NCBI GenBank assembly: GCA_023133515.1
Contig: JAGLWI010000003.1
Coordinates: 12,265-76,264 of the forward strand
Direction: 5' to 3'
From: Candidatus Babeliales bacterium
Lineage (GTDB): Bacteria; Babelota; Babeliae; Babelales; UASB340
DNA: 64,000 nt
Shown: in pieces, positions 1 through 10,842 of the stretch
Layout: each line of letters starts with the position of its first letter
Position numbering within the stretch: position 1 is the stretch's first letter
Notes under the pieces: model-generated
What the model was told of the DNA's origin: nothing
The model's input: the letters and a program-made list of their open reading frames with translations, nothing else
Database searches by the model: none
Position numbers and translations under genes: made by a program

Positions 1-867
1 GCAGGAATTTTTTTGGGAATAGCTTCTTTAATAAGACCAGTTGGCCATTTTATTATTGTTATCTCAGTAATTATTTTTCTTTTTTCTAATCTGGATTTTT
101 TAAAAAAGTTAATTGGAAGTTCGTTTTTAATATTTGGCTGGTCGTTAATTATATTTTGGTGGATTTTGAGAAACTTTTTGTTTACTGGTGAAATTTTTTT
201 TCATTCAATGAGTGGGGATCATTTTTTAAATTTTTTATCTGTTGATGTTGTTTGTCAACAAACACTTATACCTTTTAATAAGACTAGAAATAAATTATTA
301 GGTGAATCTAGAGAATTAATTTTAAATGAAGAAAAAAAAATAGGAAAAAAATTAAATAAAATTCAAAGATGTAAAATTTCGGAAAAGATAGCTTTTAAAT
401 ATTTAAAAAAATTTCCTTTTGGTACTATTAAAAGATGTTTAATTAATATTTTAAAAACTCTTTTTTGTTTTTATTCTAGGCCATTATTGTATAAACGATT
501 ACCTCATTTAGTTACTTATAATTATTTTAATTCATTTTCTTCTAGTTGGTATAAAGTTAAAAGTTTTTTAGTTTCTATTTTTTCTGACAAATTTATGGTG
601 TTTTTAGTTTATTATGAGTTGTTGTGGATGATGATTATATTTTTAGGTTTTTTTGGGGGAATTATTCTTTCTTTTTTGAAAATATATTTGTTATGTGAAT
701 TATTAAAAATTTTACCATTTATTTTTTTACTTTTGTTTTTAACCATAGGTGTTGGATTTGCAAGATTACGTTTTCCAATAGAACCTTTTTTAATAATTTT
801 TTCTTCTTATTTTTGGATTTATATATTTAAAAAAAGAGTTAGTAACTTTATATGTTCTATAAAATAA
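1..867 (+). CDS. GT-C-fold (ArnT/PMT_2-like) integral membrane glycosyltransferase paralog, 5'-truncated by window edge
   Basis: Frame 1 is open from base 1 ([16 protein letters not shown]...). It aligns with the C-terminal half of the downstream paralogs, including [20 protein letters not shown] and GFARLRFPIEPF. Confidence 0.8.
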   Translation, partial: AGIFLGIASLIRPVGHFIIVISVIIFLFSNLDFLKKLIGSSFLIFGWSLIIFWWILRNFLFTGEIFFHSMSGDHFLNFLSVDVVCQQTLIPFNKTRNKLLGESRELILNEEKKIGKKLNKIQRCKISEKIAFKYLKKFPFGTIKRCLINILKTLFCFYSRPLLYKRLPHLVTYNYFNSFSSSWYKVKSFLVSIFSDKFMVFLVYYELLWMMIIFLGFFGGIILSFLKIYLLCELLKILPFIFLLLFLTIGVGFARLRFPIEPFLIIFSSYFWIYIFKKRVSNFICSIK

Positions 868-2270
868 AGAATAATATTTATTTTTGTATTTTTTTATTTT
901 TGATTTCTATGTTAATTAGAGGATTATTTTTTTTAGAATTTTTAGTTAAAGACGAAAATTTTTTTGTTTGTACTGATTCAGCAGAATATCAAGGAATAGC
1001 CTTAAATATTTTTCATGGAAATGGGATTAAAAATCATAATGATGTTTTAAATTTTCGTCGACTTCCTGGATATCCTATTTTTTTATCGTTGTGTTATAAG
1101 ATTTTTGATATAAAAATTAAAAAAGCATTATGGTTACAGATAATTTTATCTTTGTTTATTCCTATTTTAGTTTTTTGTCTTTCTTTAACATTTTTTCCGT
1201 TAAATATTTTTTTAGCAAAAATAGTATCTGTTTGGGCTACATTTCATATAGGTTTTTTATTACATTCTGGAATGATTCAATCAGATTCTATCTTCGTTAT
1301 ATTTTTTTTATTATTTTTAATTTTATTTTTTTCAAGTTTTAATTTATTTTTTTGTAAAGAAGGATTTTTATTTTTATCTAAAAGAAGAATTTTTTGTGCT
1401 GGAATTTTTCTTGGGATATCATCTTTGATACGTCCTGTTGGACATTATTGCATGATAATATCTTTATTGTTATTTCTCTTTTCTAATTTTGACTTTTTTC
1501 AAAAATTAAAAGGTACAATTATATTGTTTTCAGGTTGGTTTGTAATTGTATTTTGGTGGATTTTGAGAAATTTTTTATTGACTGGATTTTTATTTTTTCA
1601 CACTCTACCAGGAATTCATTTTTTGATTTATTCTGCGGCATATATTGATATGGAGGTTAATAAATGCAGTTATAGTGATTCAAAAAGAAAATTAATAAAA
1701 AAATGGAATTGTGAAATTTTAAAAAAACAAGATAAGTATGGAAGGAAATTAACAGATATTGAAAGTTGTTATTTGGCTGAAAATATTTCTTTTGATTATA
1801 TAAAAAAAAACATATCAATTTTTTTGAAACATAGTTTTTTGCATATGTTTAAAACTTGTGTTTGGCCATATTCTTTAACATTGCTTTTTTGGGATTCTGG
1901 AAGGGATTCTAGTTATTATAAAATAATGTCTTTTTTTGATAGAGTTAAAAGATTTTTATTTCCTACCACTTCTAGTTGGAAAGTATTATTTATTATTTAT
2001 TTTGAACTTTTGTTTTTATTACTTTTAAATTTTGGGTTTATAGGTTTTGTTATTGTTTCTTTTTTTAATAAAGAATTTTTTTGTGTTTTATCAAAAGTTT
2101 TTCCATTTATGTTTTTATTTATTTTTGTTACTTTGGCATATGGAATTGCTAGATTAAGGCTTTCGATAGAGCCATTCCAGGCAATTTTAGCTTTTAAATT
2201 TTGGGTTTTAATATTAAAAAGATTTTTTAAAAGTGAGATTAGTAATGAAAAATACATCAAACTTAAATAA
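852..2270 (+). CDS. GT-C-fold (ArnT/PMT_2-like, GT39/GT83-type) membrane glycosyltransferase, array paralog 1
   Basis: 472 aa and multi-TM. The first loop has D-S-x-x-Y ([11 protein letters not shown]), followed by [40 protein letters not shown] and [11 protein letters not shown]. It overlaps the upstream paralog by 16 nt. Confidence 0.75.
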   Translation: MFYKIKNNIYFCIFLFLISMLIRGLFFLEFLVKDENFFVCTDSAEYQGIALNIFHGNGIKNHNDVLNFRRLPGYPIFLSLCYKIFDIKIKKALWLQIILSLFIPILVFCLSLTFFPLNIFLAKIVSVWATFHIGFLLHSGMIQSDSIFVIFFLLFLILFFSSFNLFFCKEGFLFLSKRRIFCAGIFLGISSLIRPVGHYCMIISLLLFLFSNFDFFQKLKGTIILFSGWFVIVFWWILRNFLLTGFLFFHTLPGIHFLIYSAAYIDMEVNKCSYSDSKRKLIKKWNCEILKKQDKYGRKLTDIESCYLAENISFDYIKKNISIFLKHSFLHMFKTCVWPYSLTLLFWDSGRDSSYYKIMSFFDRVKRFLFPTTSSWKVLFIIYFELLFLLLLNFGFIGFVIVSFFNKEFFCVLSKVFPFMFLFIFVTLAYGIARLRLSIEPFQAILAFKFWVLILKRFFKSEISNEKYIKLK

Positions 2271-3849
2271 AAAAATTGCAATTATAATTGGTGCTGGTCC
2301 TGCAGGTTTAACTGCGGCATATGAACTTTTAGAGAAAACTGATATTAAACCAATTATTTATGAGCAAGATAGTCAAGTTGGTGGTTTAAGTAGAACCGTT
2401 AATTATAAAGGGAATAGAATAGATATTGGAGGACATAGATTTTTTTCAAAATCAGATAAGATAATTTCTTGGTGGAAAAAAATTTTACCTTTACAAACAG
2501 CCCAATCAAAAGATGATATTATTTTGTCACGAAATATTAAATATGATGGAAAATATCAAAATATAAGTGATCCTGAAAAAGTTGATAATGTAATGCTTAT
2601 AAGAAATAGATTGTCGCGTATATTCTTTTTAAGAAATTTTTTTGATTATCCAATTTCTTTAAGCTTTAACACTTTAAAAAAATTAGGATTTATAAGAATT
2701 CTAAAAATAGGTTTTAGTTATTTTAAAATTATATTTTTCCCTTTTAAAAATGAAAAATCTTTAGAAGATTTTTTTATAAATAGATTTGGAAAAGAACTTT
2801 ATAATACTTTTTTTAAAGATTATACAAAAAAAGTTTGGGGTGTTGAGTGTAGTAAGATTGATGCTTCTTGGGGAGCTCAAAGAATCAAAGGTTTATCTAT
2901 AAGTAAAGCAATTTGTCATTTTTTAAAATCTATTTTTAGTAAAAATAAATCCATTTCTCAAAAAAATATAGAGACAACTCTTATTGGACGTTTTATGTAC
3001 CCTAAATTTGGTCCAGGGCATATGTGGGAACAGGTTGCAAAGTTGATTGAACAAAGAGGAGGAAAAGTTTATTTGGATCACAAAATTGTGGGATTAAAAA
3101 CTGATAAAGATCAAATAACAAATATTTTTGTGGAAAACAAAATTTCTAAAAAGATTTTTAATCGAAATGCAGATTTTTTTTTCTCATCAATGCCTGTAAA
3201 AGATTTAATTGAAGGATGGCAATCTGGTGTTGATAAAGATGTAATGCAGGTTGCACAAGGTCTTGTATACAGGGATTTTATTACTGTAGGGTTACTTTTA
3301 AAAGATCTCCTGGTAAAAAATCAGACAAAAACTAAGACGGTTAATAATATTATTCCAGACAATTGGATTTATATTCAGGAGAGAGATGTTAAAATTGGAA
3401 GATTACAAATATTTAATAATTGGAGCCCTTACATGGTCAAAAACCTAAATAATATTTGGATAGGGCTTGAATATTTTTGTACTCAAGGTGATGAACTTTG
3501 GGAAAAATCAGATAAAGAATTTAAAAGTTTTGCTATAGATGAACTTTGCAAAATAAATTTTATAAAAAAAGAAGATGTACTTGATAGTGTCATTATTCGT
3601 ATGCCTAAAACTTATCCAGCATATTTTGGGACTTATGATAGATTTAATGTTATTAAAAATTTTCTTTTTAAATATGAAAATTTATTCTTGATTGGTAGAA
3701 ACGGAATGCATAGATATAACAATATGGATCATTCAATGCTAACAGCAATGGAGGCTGTAGAAAATATTGTAAATAATATTAAAACAAAAAATAACATTTG
3801 GTCTATTAATGCTCAAGAAGAATATCATGAGGAAAAGGCGAGAAGATAA
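2245..3849 (+). CDS. FAD-dependent oxidoreductase (Rossmann GxGxxG; amine-oxidase/UDP-galactopyranose-mutase-like fold)
   Basis: N-terminus is [21 protein letters not shown]...VGGLSRT. The C-terminus is [25 protein letters not shown]. It is a paralog of 10827..12293. The ATG at 2245 is preferred over the GTG at 2233. Confidence 0.75.
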   Translation: MKNTSNLNKKIAIIIGAGPAGLTAAYELLEKTDIKPIIYEQDSQVGGLSRTVNYKGNRIDIGGHRFFSKSDKIISWWKKILPLQTAQSKDDIILSRNIKYDGKYQNISDPEKVDNVMLIRNRLSRIFFLRNFFDYPISLSFNTLKKLGFIRILKIGFSYFKIIFFPFKNEKSLEDFFINRFGKELYNTFFKDYTKKVWGVECSKIDASWGAQRIKGLSISKAICHFLKSIFSKNKSISQKNIETTLIGRFMYPKFGPGHMWEQVAKLIEQRGGKVYLDHKIVGLKTDKDQITNIFVENKISKKIFNRNADFFFSSMPVKDLIEGWQSGVDKDVMQVAQGLVYRDFITVGLLLKDLLVKNQTKTKTVNNIIPDNWIYIQERDVKIGRLQIFNNWSPYMVKNLNNIWIGLEYFCTQGDELWEKSDKEFKSFAIDELCKINFIKKEDVLDSVIIRMPKTYPAYFGTYDRFNVIKNFLFKYENLFLIGRNGMHRYNNMDHSMLTAMEAVENIVNNIKTKNNIWSINAQEEYHEEKARR

Positions 3850-3851
3850 AA

Positions 3852-5258
3852 ATGCATGATATTTTTTTAGTTGTAAGGAAAGAAAAGAGATTTTTATTAT
3901 TTCTTTTAATTGTATCATTTTTAATAAGAGCAATATTTTTTGGATTATTTTTAAGTCACGATAAAAATTACTTTACCCTTGACTCAAATACTTATCATAG
4001 GGTTGCCATTAAAATATTTGAAGGAAAAGGGATAATTGATGTGGATGATAAACCACATTTTTATAGAGTTCCAGGGTATTCTATTTTTTTTGCTACAATA
4101 TATAAATTATTTGAAATAAATGAAGTATTAGCTTTATGGATACAGATTTTTTTTACTTCTTTTCTTCCTTTTTTAATATTTTTTTTATCTATTATTTTAT
4201 TTTCTACTAAAATATTGGTTGCAAAGGCTTCATCTATATTTAGCTCTTTTCATATTGGATATGTATTGTTTTCTGGATTGATGATGACAGAAGGTTTTTT
4301 TTCTTTGTTTTTTATTATTTTTCTTATATTTTTTTTATATGATTTTAATTTTTTCTTTTCAAAAAGTATTCAATCAAAGAGTATTTCTTATAAAAATATG
4401 TTTTTAGGAGGTTTGTTTTTAGGTATTGCTTCTATGTTTAGGCCAGTTGGTCATTGTCTTATTATTTTATCTATAATCTTGTTATTATTTGAAAAAAAAC
4501 ATTTTATGGTGAAAATAAAAAAATCATTTGTTTTATTTGTTTCATGGAGTTTAATTGTTTTTTGGTGGATTTTAAGAAATTATTTTTTAACTGGTTATAT
4601 TTTTTTTCATACCTTGCCAGGAATTCATTTTTTAAAACATATTTCTATTCCAATTGATATGCAGATTAACAAACATAATTTTCATGAGAGCCATGCTAAA
4701 ATTTGGAATGAATGGAATGATTTAATTAAAAAAAAAGAAAAAATAGAAAAACGTAATTTAATTGATATTGAAAAATGTATTATTGGTGAAAGATTGGCTT
4801 TTAGTTATATGTTAAAATATCCTATTTTAACCATTAAAAGAGCTTTTTGTAATTTTTTTAAAACTAATTTTTTTATTTATTCTTATAAGATTTTAGAGAT
4901 TAATGGCTATAAAAAACATTGGGAGATAGATGATAAGAAATCATTTTTTAATAATATCCTAGATAGATATCTTAATATACCTATTAAAAATAATTTATTA
5001 AGAATAATTATTTGGTTAGAAATATTTTTCATTAATTTTATTTTTATTGGTTTTATCTTTTTTATTATAAAGTCTTTTTTTGATATTAATTTATTATATG
5101 TGACTTTAAAAATTTTACCGTTTATAGGATTTATGATATTTATTACTTTTGCTTGTGGTTTTGCAAGATTAAGATTACCAATAGAGCCTTTTTTATTTAT
5201 ATCGTCATTTTATTTTTGGATTAATTTATTTAAAAGATCTAAAAAAGTTGAGCAATGA
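3852..5258 (+). CDS. GT-C-fold membrane glycosyltransferase, array paralog 2
   Basis: 468 aa. Motifs are [60 protein letters not shown] and FARLRLPIEPF. Confidence 0.75.
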   Translation: MHDIFLVVRKEKRFLLFLLIVSFLIRAIFFGLFLSHDKNYFTLDSNTYHRVAIKIFEGKGIIDVDDKPHFYRVPGYSIFFATIYKLFEINEVLALWIQIFFTSFLPFLIFFLSIILFSTKILVAKASSIFSSFHIGYVLFSGLMMTEGFFSLFFIIFLIFFLYDFNFFFSKSIQSKSISYKNMFLGGLFLGIASMFRPVGHCLIILSIILLLFEKKHFMVKIKKSFVLFVSWSLIVFWWILRNYFLTGYIFFHTLPGIHFLKHISIPIDMQINKHNFHESHAKIWNEWNDLIKKKEKIEKRNLIDIEKCIIGERLAFSYMLKYPILTIKRAFCNFFKTNFFIYSYKILEINGYKKHWEIDDKKSFFNNILDRYLNIPIKNNLLRIIIWLEIFFINFIFIGFIFFIIKSFFDINLLYVTLKILPFIGFMIFITFACGFARLRLPIEPFLFISSFYFWINLFKRSKKVEQ

Positions 5259-6655
5259 CTAATAATAAAACTCTTTTATTGTTTATAAAGAAAGATAAGA
5301 AATTTTTATTGTTTCTTTTTATCGTATCATTTTTAGTAAGAGTGATATTTTTTGGATTATTTTTAAGCCACGATAAAAATTATTTTAGATCTGATTCTTT
5401 AAGATATAGTGAAACTGCAAATCAGATATTTAATGGAAATGGTATAAAACGTGTTGATGGATCTTATAATTTTTGGCGTGTTCCTGGATATTCTATTTTT
5501 TTAGCTTTTTGTTATAAGTTATTTGACGGTGACCATATAAAATCTCTTTTGGTGCAAATTTTTTTATCTTCATTTATTCCATTACTTATATTTTTATTGT
5601 CACTTGTATTATTTAAGTTTGATATTCTTCTTGCAAAAATCTCGTCAATTTTCAGCGCTTTTTTATTAGGGTATATTTTATATTCTGGATTGATGATGAC
5701 GGAAAGCTTGTTTTGTATATTTTTTTACATTTTCATCATATTATTTTTACTAAATTTTAATTTTTTCTTTTGTAAAACTTCATTTACTAGAAATTCTTTT
5801 ATTAATATTTTTTTGGCGGGAATATTTTTAGGAATATCTTCTTTATTGCGACCAATGGGGCATTATTTTATGCCTTTGTTTATATTAATGTTGCTTTTAA
5901 ACAAAAATTATTTCATTCAAAATTTGAAAAGATCGGGTTTATTCTTTTTTGGATGGTTAATAATAGTTTTTTGGTGGCTTTTAAGAAATTATCTTTTGAC
6001 TGGATTTATTTTTTTTCACACTTTGCCAGGACATCATCTTTTGTATTATGCAGCAGTTCCTATTGATGTGGCCATCAAAAAAATTTCTCCAATACAAAGT
6101 TCTGATAGAATACTAATAAATGAAAGGAAAGAACTTTATAGGTGTAAAGAAGAAAAAATAGGACGCAAATTAATTGATATAGAAAAATGTTGTATTGATG
6201 AAAAATTAGCTTTTAATTATATAAAACGGGGCCCTTTTTTATTTTTTAAAAATAGTATTTATAATATGATTAAAACATGTTTATCACTTCATTCATCTAC
6301 GATTTTGGCAATATTGGGGCATTCTCCGCCCTCTTACTATAAAATTGGAAGAACATTTTGGGATTTGATTAAAAGATTTTTATTTCCTCCTGTAAAAAAC
6401 ATTTTTATAAGAGGAATAATTTTTTCAGAAATATTTTTATTATTTTTTATTTTATTAGGATTTCTTTTTTGTTTAATTAAATCTTTTTTTGATATAAATC
6501 TTTTTTGTATTATTTTTAAATTTTTACCAGTGATTCTTTTTATGATTATTCTTACTTTTGCCACTGGATTTGCAAGATTAAGATTACCGATAGAGCCTTT
6601 TTTAATAATTCCAGCATTTTATTTTTGGTTAAGTTTTTTTAAAAGGATTTCATGA
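5255..6655 (+). CDS. GT-C-fold membrane glycosyltransferase, array paralog 3
   Basis: 466 aa with an ATGA start/stop overlap with paralog 2. Motifs are RSDSLRYSETA, WRVPGYSIFL, SGLMMTES, SLLRPMGH, FWWLLRNYLLTG and FARLRLPIEPF. Confidence 0.75.
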   Translation: MTNNKTLLLFIKKDKKFLLFLFIVSFLVRVIFFGLFLSHDKNYFRSDSLRYSETANQIFNGNGIKRVDGSYNFWRVPGYSIFLAFCYKLFDGDHIKSLLVQIFLSSFIPLLIFLLSLVLFKFDILLAKISSIFSAFLLGYILYSGLMMTESLFCIFFYIFIILFLLNFNFFFCKTSFTRNSFINIFLAGIFLGISSLLRPMGHYFMPLFILMLLLNKNYFIQNLKRSGLFFFGWLIIVFWWLLRNYLLTGFIFFHTLPGHHLLYYAAVPIDVAIKKISPIQSSDRILINERKELYRCKEEKIGRKLIDIEKCCIDEKLAFNYIKRGPFLFFKNSIYNMIKTCLSLHSSTILAILGHSPPSYYKIGRTFWDLIKRFLFPPVKNIFIRGIIFSEIFLLFFILLGFLFCLIKSFFDINLFCIIFKFLPVILFMIILTFATGFARLRLPIEPFLIIPAFYFWLSFFKRIS

Positions 6656-8079
6656 ATATAAATCTTATTGCAATTTTGAAAAAAGAAAAAAGATTTTTAT
6701 TATTTTTATTTTTGTTTTCTTTTTTCATAAGGGCAATTATTTTTGGATTTATCTTAAGTAAGGATAGAAAATATTTTACATTTGACTCGTCATTTCATAA
6801 TGAAGTTGGAATGGAATTTTCTAAAGGACGTGGTTTGGTTCGTGTGGATGGTGCTTATGCTTTTTGGAAAGTTCCAGGTTATGCAATTTTTTTAGGATTG
6901 GTTTATAGTTTATTTGGTCAAGATGAATTAAAGGCAATTTTTTTTCAAATTTTTTTATCATCTTTTTTACCTATTTTAATATTTTTTTTGTCTTTAGTTT
7001 TGTTTTCTAATGCTATTATTCTTGCAAAAATTACATCGATTTATGGGGTTTTTCATTTAGGTTATGTTTTATTTTCTGGATTGATGATGACAGAAAGTAT
7101 TTTTTGTTTGTTTTTTTTATTATTTTTAATATTTTTTTTGTCACAGTTTAATTTTTTCTTTTGTAAAGAAGCAATAAAAGATTTTTCTTTAAGAAAAAGT
7201 TTTTGTGGAGGTGTTTTTTTAGGTGCTGCATCTTTGATTCGTCCTGTTGGTCATTATTTAATTCTGTTATTAATATTGATGATGTTTTTTGACAATGTTC
7301 CTTTTATTATAAAATTAAAAAAATTGGGATTGTTGGTTTTTGGGTGGGGATTAATAATTTTTTGGTTACTTTTAAGAAACTATTTTTTAACTGGTTATAT
7401 TTTTTTTAATACAATGCCAGGAAATCATTTTTTATATTATGTTGCAGTTCCTATAGATATGTATATGAATAATAATTCAGCTAAAGAAAGTTCTGAAAAA
7501 TTACTTGAAAAAGAATTGAAAGAATTGATTAAAAAAGAAAAAAAAGATAAGTGTAGAAAATTACAAGAAATAGAAGAATCTATTATTGCTCAAAAACTTG
7601 CATATAATTATATTTTAAAAAAGCCTTTTTTATTTGTTAAGAATGCCATTTATAATATGATTAAGACTTGTATATCTTTTCATTCTTCCCATATTCTTGC
7701 TATTTGTGGACATTATCCTGAATGGTGCTATGAAAAAGGTGTAACATTTAACAAGAGGATTAAAAAATATTTGTTTCCACCTATAAAAAATAATTTTTTA
7801 AAATTTATTATTTTCCTAGAAATTATTTTTTCCTTTTTTATTTTAGTAGGATTTGCTGGTGGGATAATTAAGTCATTTTTTAAGTTTGAATTTTTATGTT
7901 CAGTTTTAAAATTTTTGCCTATTATGTGTTTCATGATATTTCTTACATTTGCTAGTGGTATTTCAAGATTAAGATTGCCAATAGAACCTTTTTTTATAAT
8001 AATTGCATTTAATTTTTGGTTGAATATTTTAAAAAGGAGAAAAGGATTATTTAGTGTGGACAAATGCAATGCAAAATAA
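6652..8079 (+). CDS. GT-C-fold membrane glycosyltransferase, array paralog 4
   Basis: 475 aa with an ATGA overlap. Motifs are [46 protein letters not shown] and ISRLRLPIEPF. Confidence 0.75.
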   Translation: MNINLIAILKKEKRFLLFLFLFSFFIRAIIFGFILSKDRKYFTFDSSFHNEVGMEFSKGRGLVRVDGAYAFWKVPGYAIFLGLVYSLFGQDELKAIFFQIFLSSFLPILIFFLSLVLFSNAIILAKITSIYGVFHLGYVLFSGLMMTESIFCLFFLLFLIFFLSQFNFFFCKEAIKDFSLRKSFCGGVFLGAASLIRPVGHYLILLLILMMFFDNVPFIIKLKKLGLLVFGWGLIIFWLLLRNYFLTGYIFFNTMPGNHFLYYVAVPIDMYMNNNSAKESSEKLLEKELKELIKKEKKDKCRKLQEIEESIIAQKLAYNYILKKPFLFVKNAIYNMIKTCISFHSSHILAICGHYPEWCYEKGVTFNKRIKKYLFPPIKNNFLKFIIFLEIIFSFFILVGFAGGIIKSFFKFEFLCSVLKFLPIMCFMIFLTFASGISRLRLPIEPFFIIIAFNFWLNILKRRKGLFSVDKCNAK

Positions 8080-9442
8080 AAAATTTCTTATTTTTTTATT
8101 TTCATTTTCATTATGTATACATTTTTTATTTGTTTATTTTTTTTTTAAAAAAGAATCTGATCATTTTGTTCCACGTGATTCTGCTCAATATCATGATGTT
8201 GCATTTCAGATAGCAAATGGAATGGGAATATCAAATATGGATGGAAGTCCAAGTTTTTATCGTGTACCAGGTTATTCTTTATTTTTAGCGTTTTGTTATA
8301 AAATTTTTGATTTTGATTTAAAAAAGACTATTTGGCTTCAAGTTTTTTTATCGTCTTTAATTCCGATTTTTGTCTTTCTTTTGTCATTAGCTTTTTTTCC
8401 AAATCAGTTACTTTTGGCAAAAATAGCTTCTATTTTTATGGTTTTTAATTTAGGTATGTTGGTACATTGTGCACTTTTAATGTCTGAAGTTTTTTTTATG
8501 ATTTTTTCAATAATTTTTTCAATTTTATTTTTTTCAAGTTTCAATTTATTTATTTGTAAATCTAAAGATTATTTTTTTTCTTATAAAAAGATTTTTTTTT
8601 CAGGAATTTTTTTAGGAGTGTCTTCTTTAATAAGGCCTGTAGGACATTTTATTTTGATAATTACAATTTTTCTTTTAATTTTTTCAGATTTTATATTTTT
8701 GAAAAAATTAAAAAGTTTAGGAGTACTTTTTTTGGGTTGGGTTTTGATTGTATTTTGGTGGTTATTTAGAAATTATTTACTTACTGGAATGATATTTTTT
8801 CATGGTATGACCGGTTATCATTTTTTAAATTATTTTGCATCAGAGATTGATTGTATGGCTAAAAAAACTATTTATTCAAAATCAAAAGATAAATTACTGG
8901 AAGAATGGCAAAATTTAATTTTGGAAAAAGAAAAAGAAAAAGGAAATAAAATTGGACAAATTGAACGATGTTCATTGGCTGGAGATCTTGCATTAAAAAT
9001 AATAAAAGAGAATATTTTTTTGAGCATAAAGCATTCTGGCCTTAATATTTTTAAGACTATTTTTGGATTACATTCTGTTTTCTTTATATCAAGATTTTCT
9101 TTATCTTTTCCAAATTATACGAGTAAGACAACAATGTTTGATAAAATCAAAAATTTTATTTTCCCAAAAATTTCAAACAAATTTATAATATTTTTAATAT
9201 ATTTGGAGATTATATTATTAGTATTTATTTTATTAGGATTTTTTTGTTATGGGATTGTTTCTATTTTTTGTTTTGAAAAATTATGTTCTTTTTTAAAGGT
9301 TTTGCCTTTAATTACATTATTATTATTTTTGACTTTTGGTTCAGGAATCGCAAGATTAAGGATTCCGGTTGAACCATTTTTGATAATTTTTTCATTTAAT
9401 TTTTGGATTAATTTTTTTTCAAAATATAAAAAAATTTTATAA
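8069..9442 (+). CDS. GT-C-fold membrane glycosyltransferase, array paralog 5
   Basis: Motifs are [41 protein letters not shown] and IARLRIPVEPF. The ATG at 8069 (MQNKKFLIFLF) matches the other paralog N-termini better than the GTG at 8054. Confidence 0.72.
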   Translation: MQNKKFLIFLFSFSLCIHFLFVYFFFKKESDHFVPRDSAQYHDVAFQIANGMGISNMDGSPSFYRVPGYSLFLAFCYKIFDFDLKKTIWLQVFLSSLIPIFVFLLSLAFFPNQLLLAKIASIFMVFNLGMLVHCALLMSEVFFMIFSIIFSILFFSSFNLFICKSKDYFFSYKKIFFSGIFLGVSSLIRPVGHFILIITIFLLIFSDFIFLKKLKSLGVLFLGWVLIVFWWLFRNYLLTGMIFFHGMTGYHFLNYFASEIDCMAKKTIYSKSKDKLLEEWQNLILEKEKEKGNKIGQIERCSLAGDLALKIIKENIFLSIKHSGLNIFKTIFGLHSVFFISRFSLSFPNYTSKTTMFDKIKNFIFPKISNKFIIFLIYLEIILLVFILLGFFCYGIVSIFCFEKLCSFLKVLPLITLLLFLTFGSGIARLRIPVEPFLIIFSFNFWINFFSKYKKIL

Positions 9443-10842
9443 TGACACTTTCTTTGAACAATAAGAAAAAATTTTTAATTTTTTTATTTTGTTTGTCTTT
9501 TTTGATAAGAGCAATAATTTTTGGTTTCTTTTTAAGTAAAAATAAAAATTATTGGAATCGTGATTCAAAAGCTTATAATAATGTTGCTATTCAAATATCT
9601 AAAGGAAAAGGAATTGTTAATTTGGATAGTTCTTATCATTTTCATAGAGTTCCTGCGTATTCTATGTTTTTAGCTTTATGTTACAAATGTTTTGGATATG
9701 ATATAAAAAAAGCATTATGGATTCAGATTTTTTTTGCTTCTTTTATTCCGATATTAATTTTTTATTTGTCTCTTTTTTTATTTAATAACAATATATTTTT
9801 AGCAAAGATTTGTTCGATTTTTACATCATTTCACATAGGATATGTTTTATTCTCTGGCCTTGTAATGACTGAGGTTTTTTTTATTTTGTTTTTTTCTATT
9901 TTTTTAATTTTGTTCTTGAGAAATTTTAATTTTTTTTTCTGTCAAAAGAAATATATTAAAAATTCTTATAAATTTTTTTTAATAAGCGGAATCTTTTTAG
10001 GGCTAGCTTCGCTTATGCGTCCTGTGGGACATTATATTGTTTTTATATCATTAGGTTTTTTACTTTTATCAGATTTTAATTTTATAAAAAAAATAAAAAG
10101 CATCATTTTGCTTTTTATTGGATGGTTAATGATAGTTTTTTGGTGGCTTTTAAGAAATTATCTTTTAACTGGTTTTATTTTTTTTCATACGTTATCTGGA
10201 ATTCATTTTTTAAAGCATTCCGCAGGAAGATTAGTAATGAAATCTCATGATTGTTCTTATATGCAGGCTTTAGATCGGTTAAATAATGAAATAAATATAT
10301 TCCAAGGAAAAAAAGAAAAAGATATTGGAAGAAAATTGAATGAGATAGAATATTGTCAATTAGCAGAAAAAGTTTCTTTTAAATATTTAAAAAAAGATTA
10401 TGTTTTAACAACAAAACATTTTTTGACCAATATTTTTAAAACATGTTTTTCTTTGTATTCTGCAATGCTTTTACATATAAACTCTGGAGGTAAATTACCT
10501 GATTATAATAAAAACAGAGGCTGGAAAAAAGTTTTAAAACGTTTTTTGTTTCCAGATACTTTGAGCCGTTGGTTAAAATTTGTAATATATCTCGAGATAT
10601 TTTTTCATTTATTTATTTGGATTGGTTTTTTAGGTTTTTCAACGTATTCTTTTTTTTGTAAAGATTATTTATGTGTGTTTTTAAAAACATTTCCATTTAT
10701 TTTTTTATTTATTTTTATTTCTTTAGCATGTGGTTTTGCAAGATTAAGGTTGCCTATTGAGTGCTTTTTGATAATCTTATCATTTAAGTTTTGGTTGGAT
10801 TTATTTTGGAGAAGAAAGAGTGGTTTATGGATAAAAGTTTAA
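9442..10842 (+). CDS. GT-C-fold membrane glycosyltransferase, array paralog 6
   Basis: 466 aa. Its start overlaps the upstream stop by 1 nt (TAATG). Motifs are NRDSKAYNNVA, HRVPAYSMFL, SGLVMTEV, SLMRPVGH, FWWLLRNYLLTG and FARLRLPIECF. Confidence 0.75.
   Translation: MTLSLNNKKKFLIFLFCLSFLIRAIIFGFFLSKNKNYWNRDSKAYNNVAIQISKGKGIVNLDSSYHFHRVPAYSMFLALCYKCFGYDIKKALWIQIFFASFIPILIFYLSLFLFNNNIFLAKICSIFTSFHIGYVLFSGLVMTEVFFILFFSIFLILFLRNFNFFFCQKKYIKNSYKFFLISGIFLGLASLMRPVGHYIVFISLGFLLLSDFNFIKKIKSIILLFIGWLMIVFWWLLRNYLLTGFIFFHTLSGIHFLKHSAGRLVMKSHDCSYMQALDRLNNEINIFQGKKEKDIGRKLNEIEYCQLAEKVSFKYLKKDYVLTTKHFLTNIFKTCFSLYSAMLLHINSGGKLPDYNKNRGWKKVLKRFLFPDTLSRWLKFVIYLEIFFHLFIWIGFLGFSTYSFFCKDYLCVFLKTFPFIFLFIFISLACGFARLRLPIECFLIILSFKFWLDLFWRRKSGLWIKV

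Noticed and set aside
1130-1342. Short same-strand or antisense ORFs nested in larger genes. Examples: 1130-1342, 1997-2281(-), 3739-3933(-), 6337-6564(-), 7728-8069(-), 14039-14251(-), 16778-16999(-), 22801-22989(-), 26203-26385(-), 28991-29455(-), 31522-31827, 31984-32187, 32759-32989(-), 33485-33766(-), 35604-35930(-), 38448-38672(-), 38800-39027(-), 41931-42194, 42631-42819(-), 43548-43748, 47033-47722, 48302-48487, 53786-53968(-), 54093-54938(-), 56486-56737(-), 57773-57955(-), 60445-60639(-), 60813-61019 and 63517-63804(-).
   Set aside because: All lie wholly inside longer ORFs that have clear family motifs. Their translations are low-complexity (K/F/I/N/L-rich) with no recognisable motifs. 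They are shadow ORFs of the kind expected by chance opposite long genes.
2233-2244. Upstream non-ATG starts offered by the ORF track: GTG 2233, TTG 10791, TTG 43765, 48462, 53798, TTG 56553 and 57665.
   Set aside because: Downstream ATGs give N-termini matching the paralogs or family signatures (GxGxxG directly after the start, an SD-like AGGAGGA before 53813, an ATGA overlap at 57710). The extensions add non-conserved residues. The exact starts remain unverified.
8137-8152. Long poly-T and poly-A runs inside coding regions (e.g. T10A6 at 8137-8152, A9-10 near 334-343) as phase-variation or transcriptional-slippage sites.
   Set aside because: Such A/T runs are ubiquitous throughout this AT-rich sequence, where they encode Phe/Lys stretches, so they are not individually informative. 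Only the compositionally anomalous G8 tract is reported.
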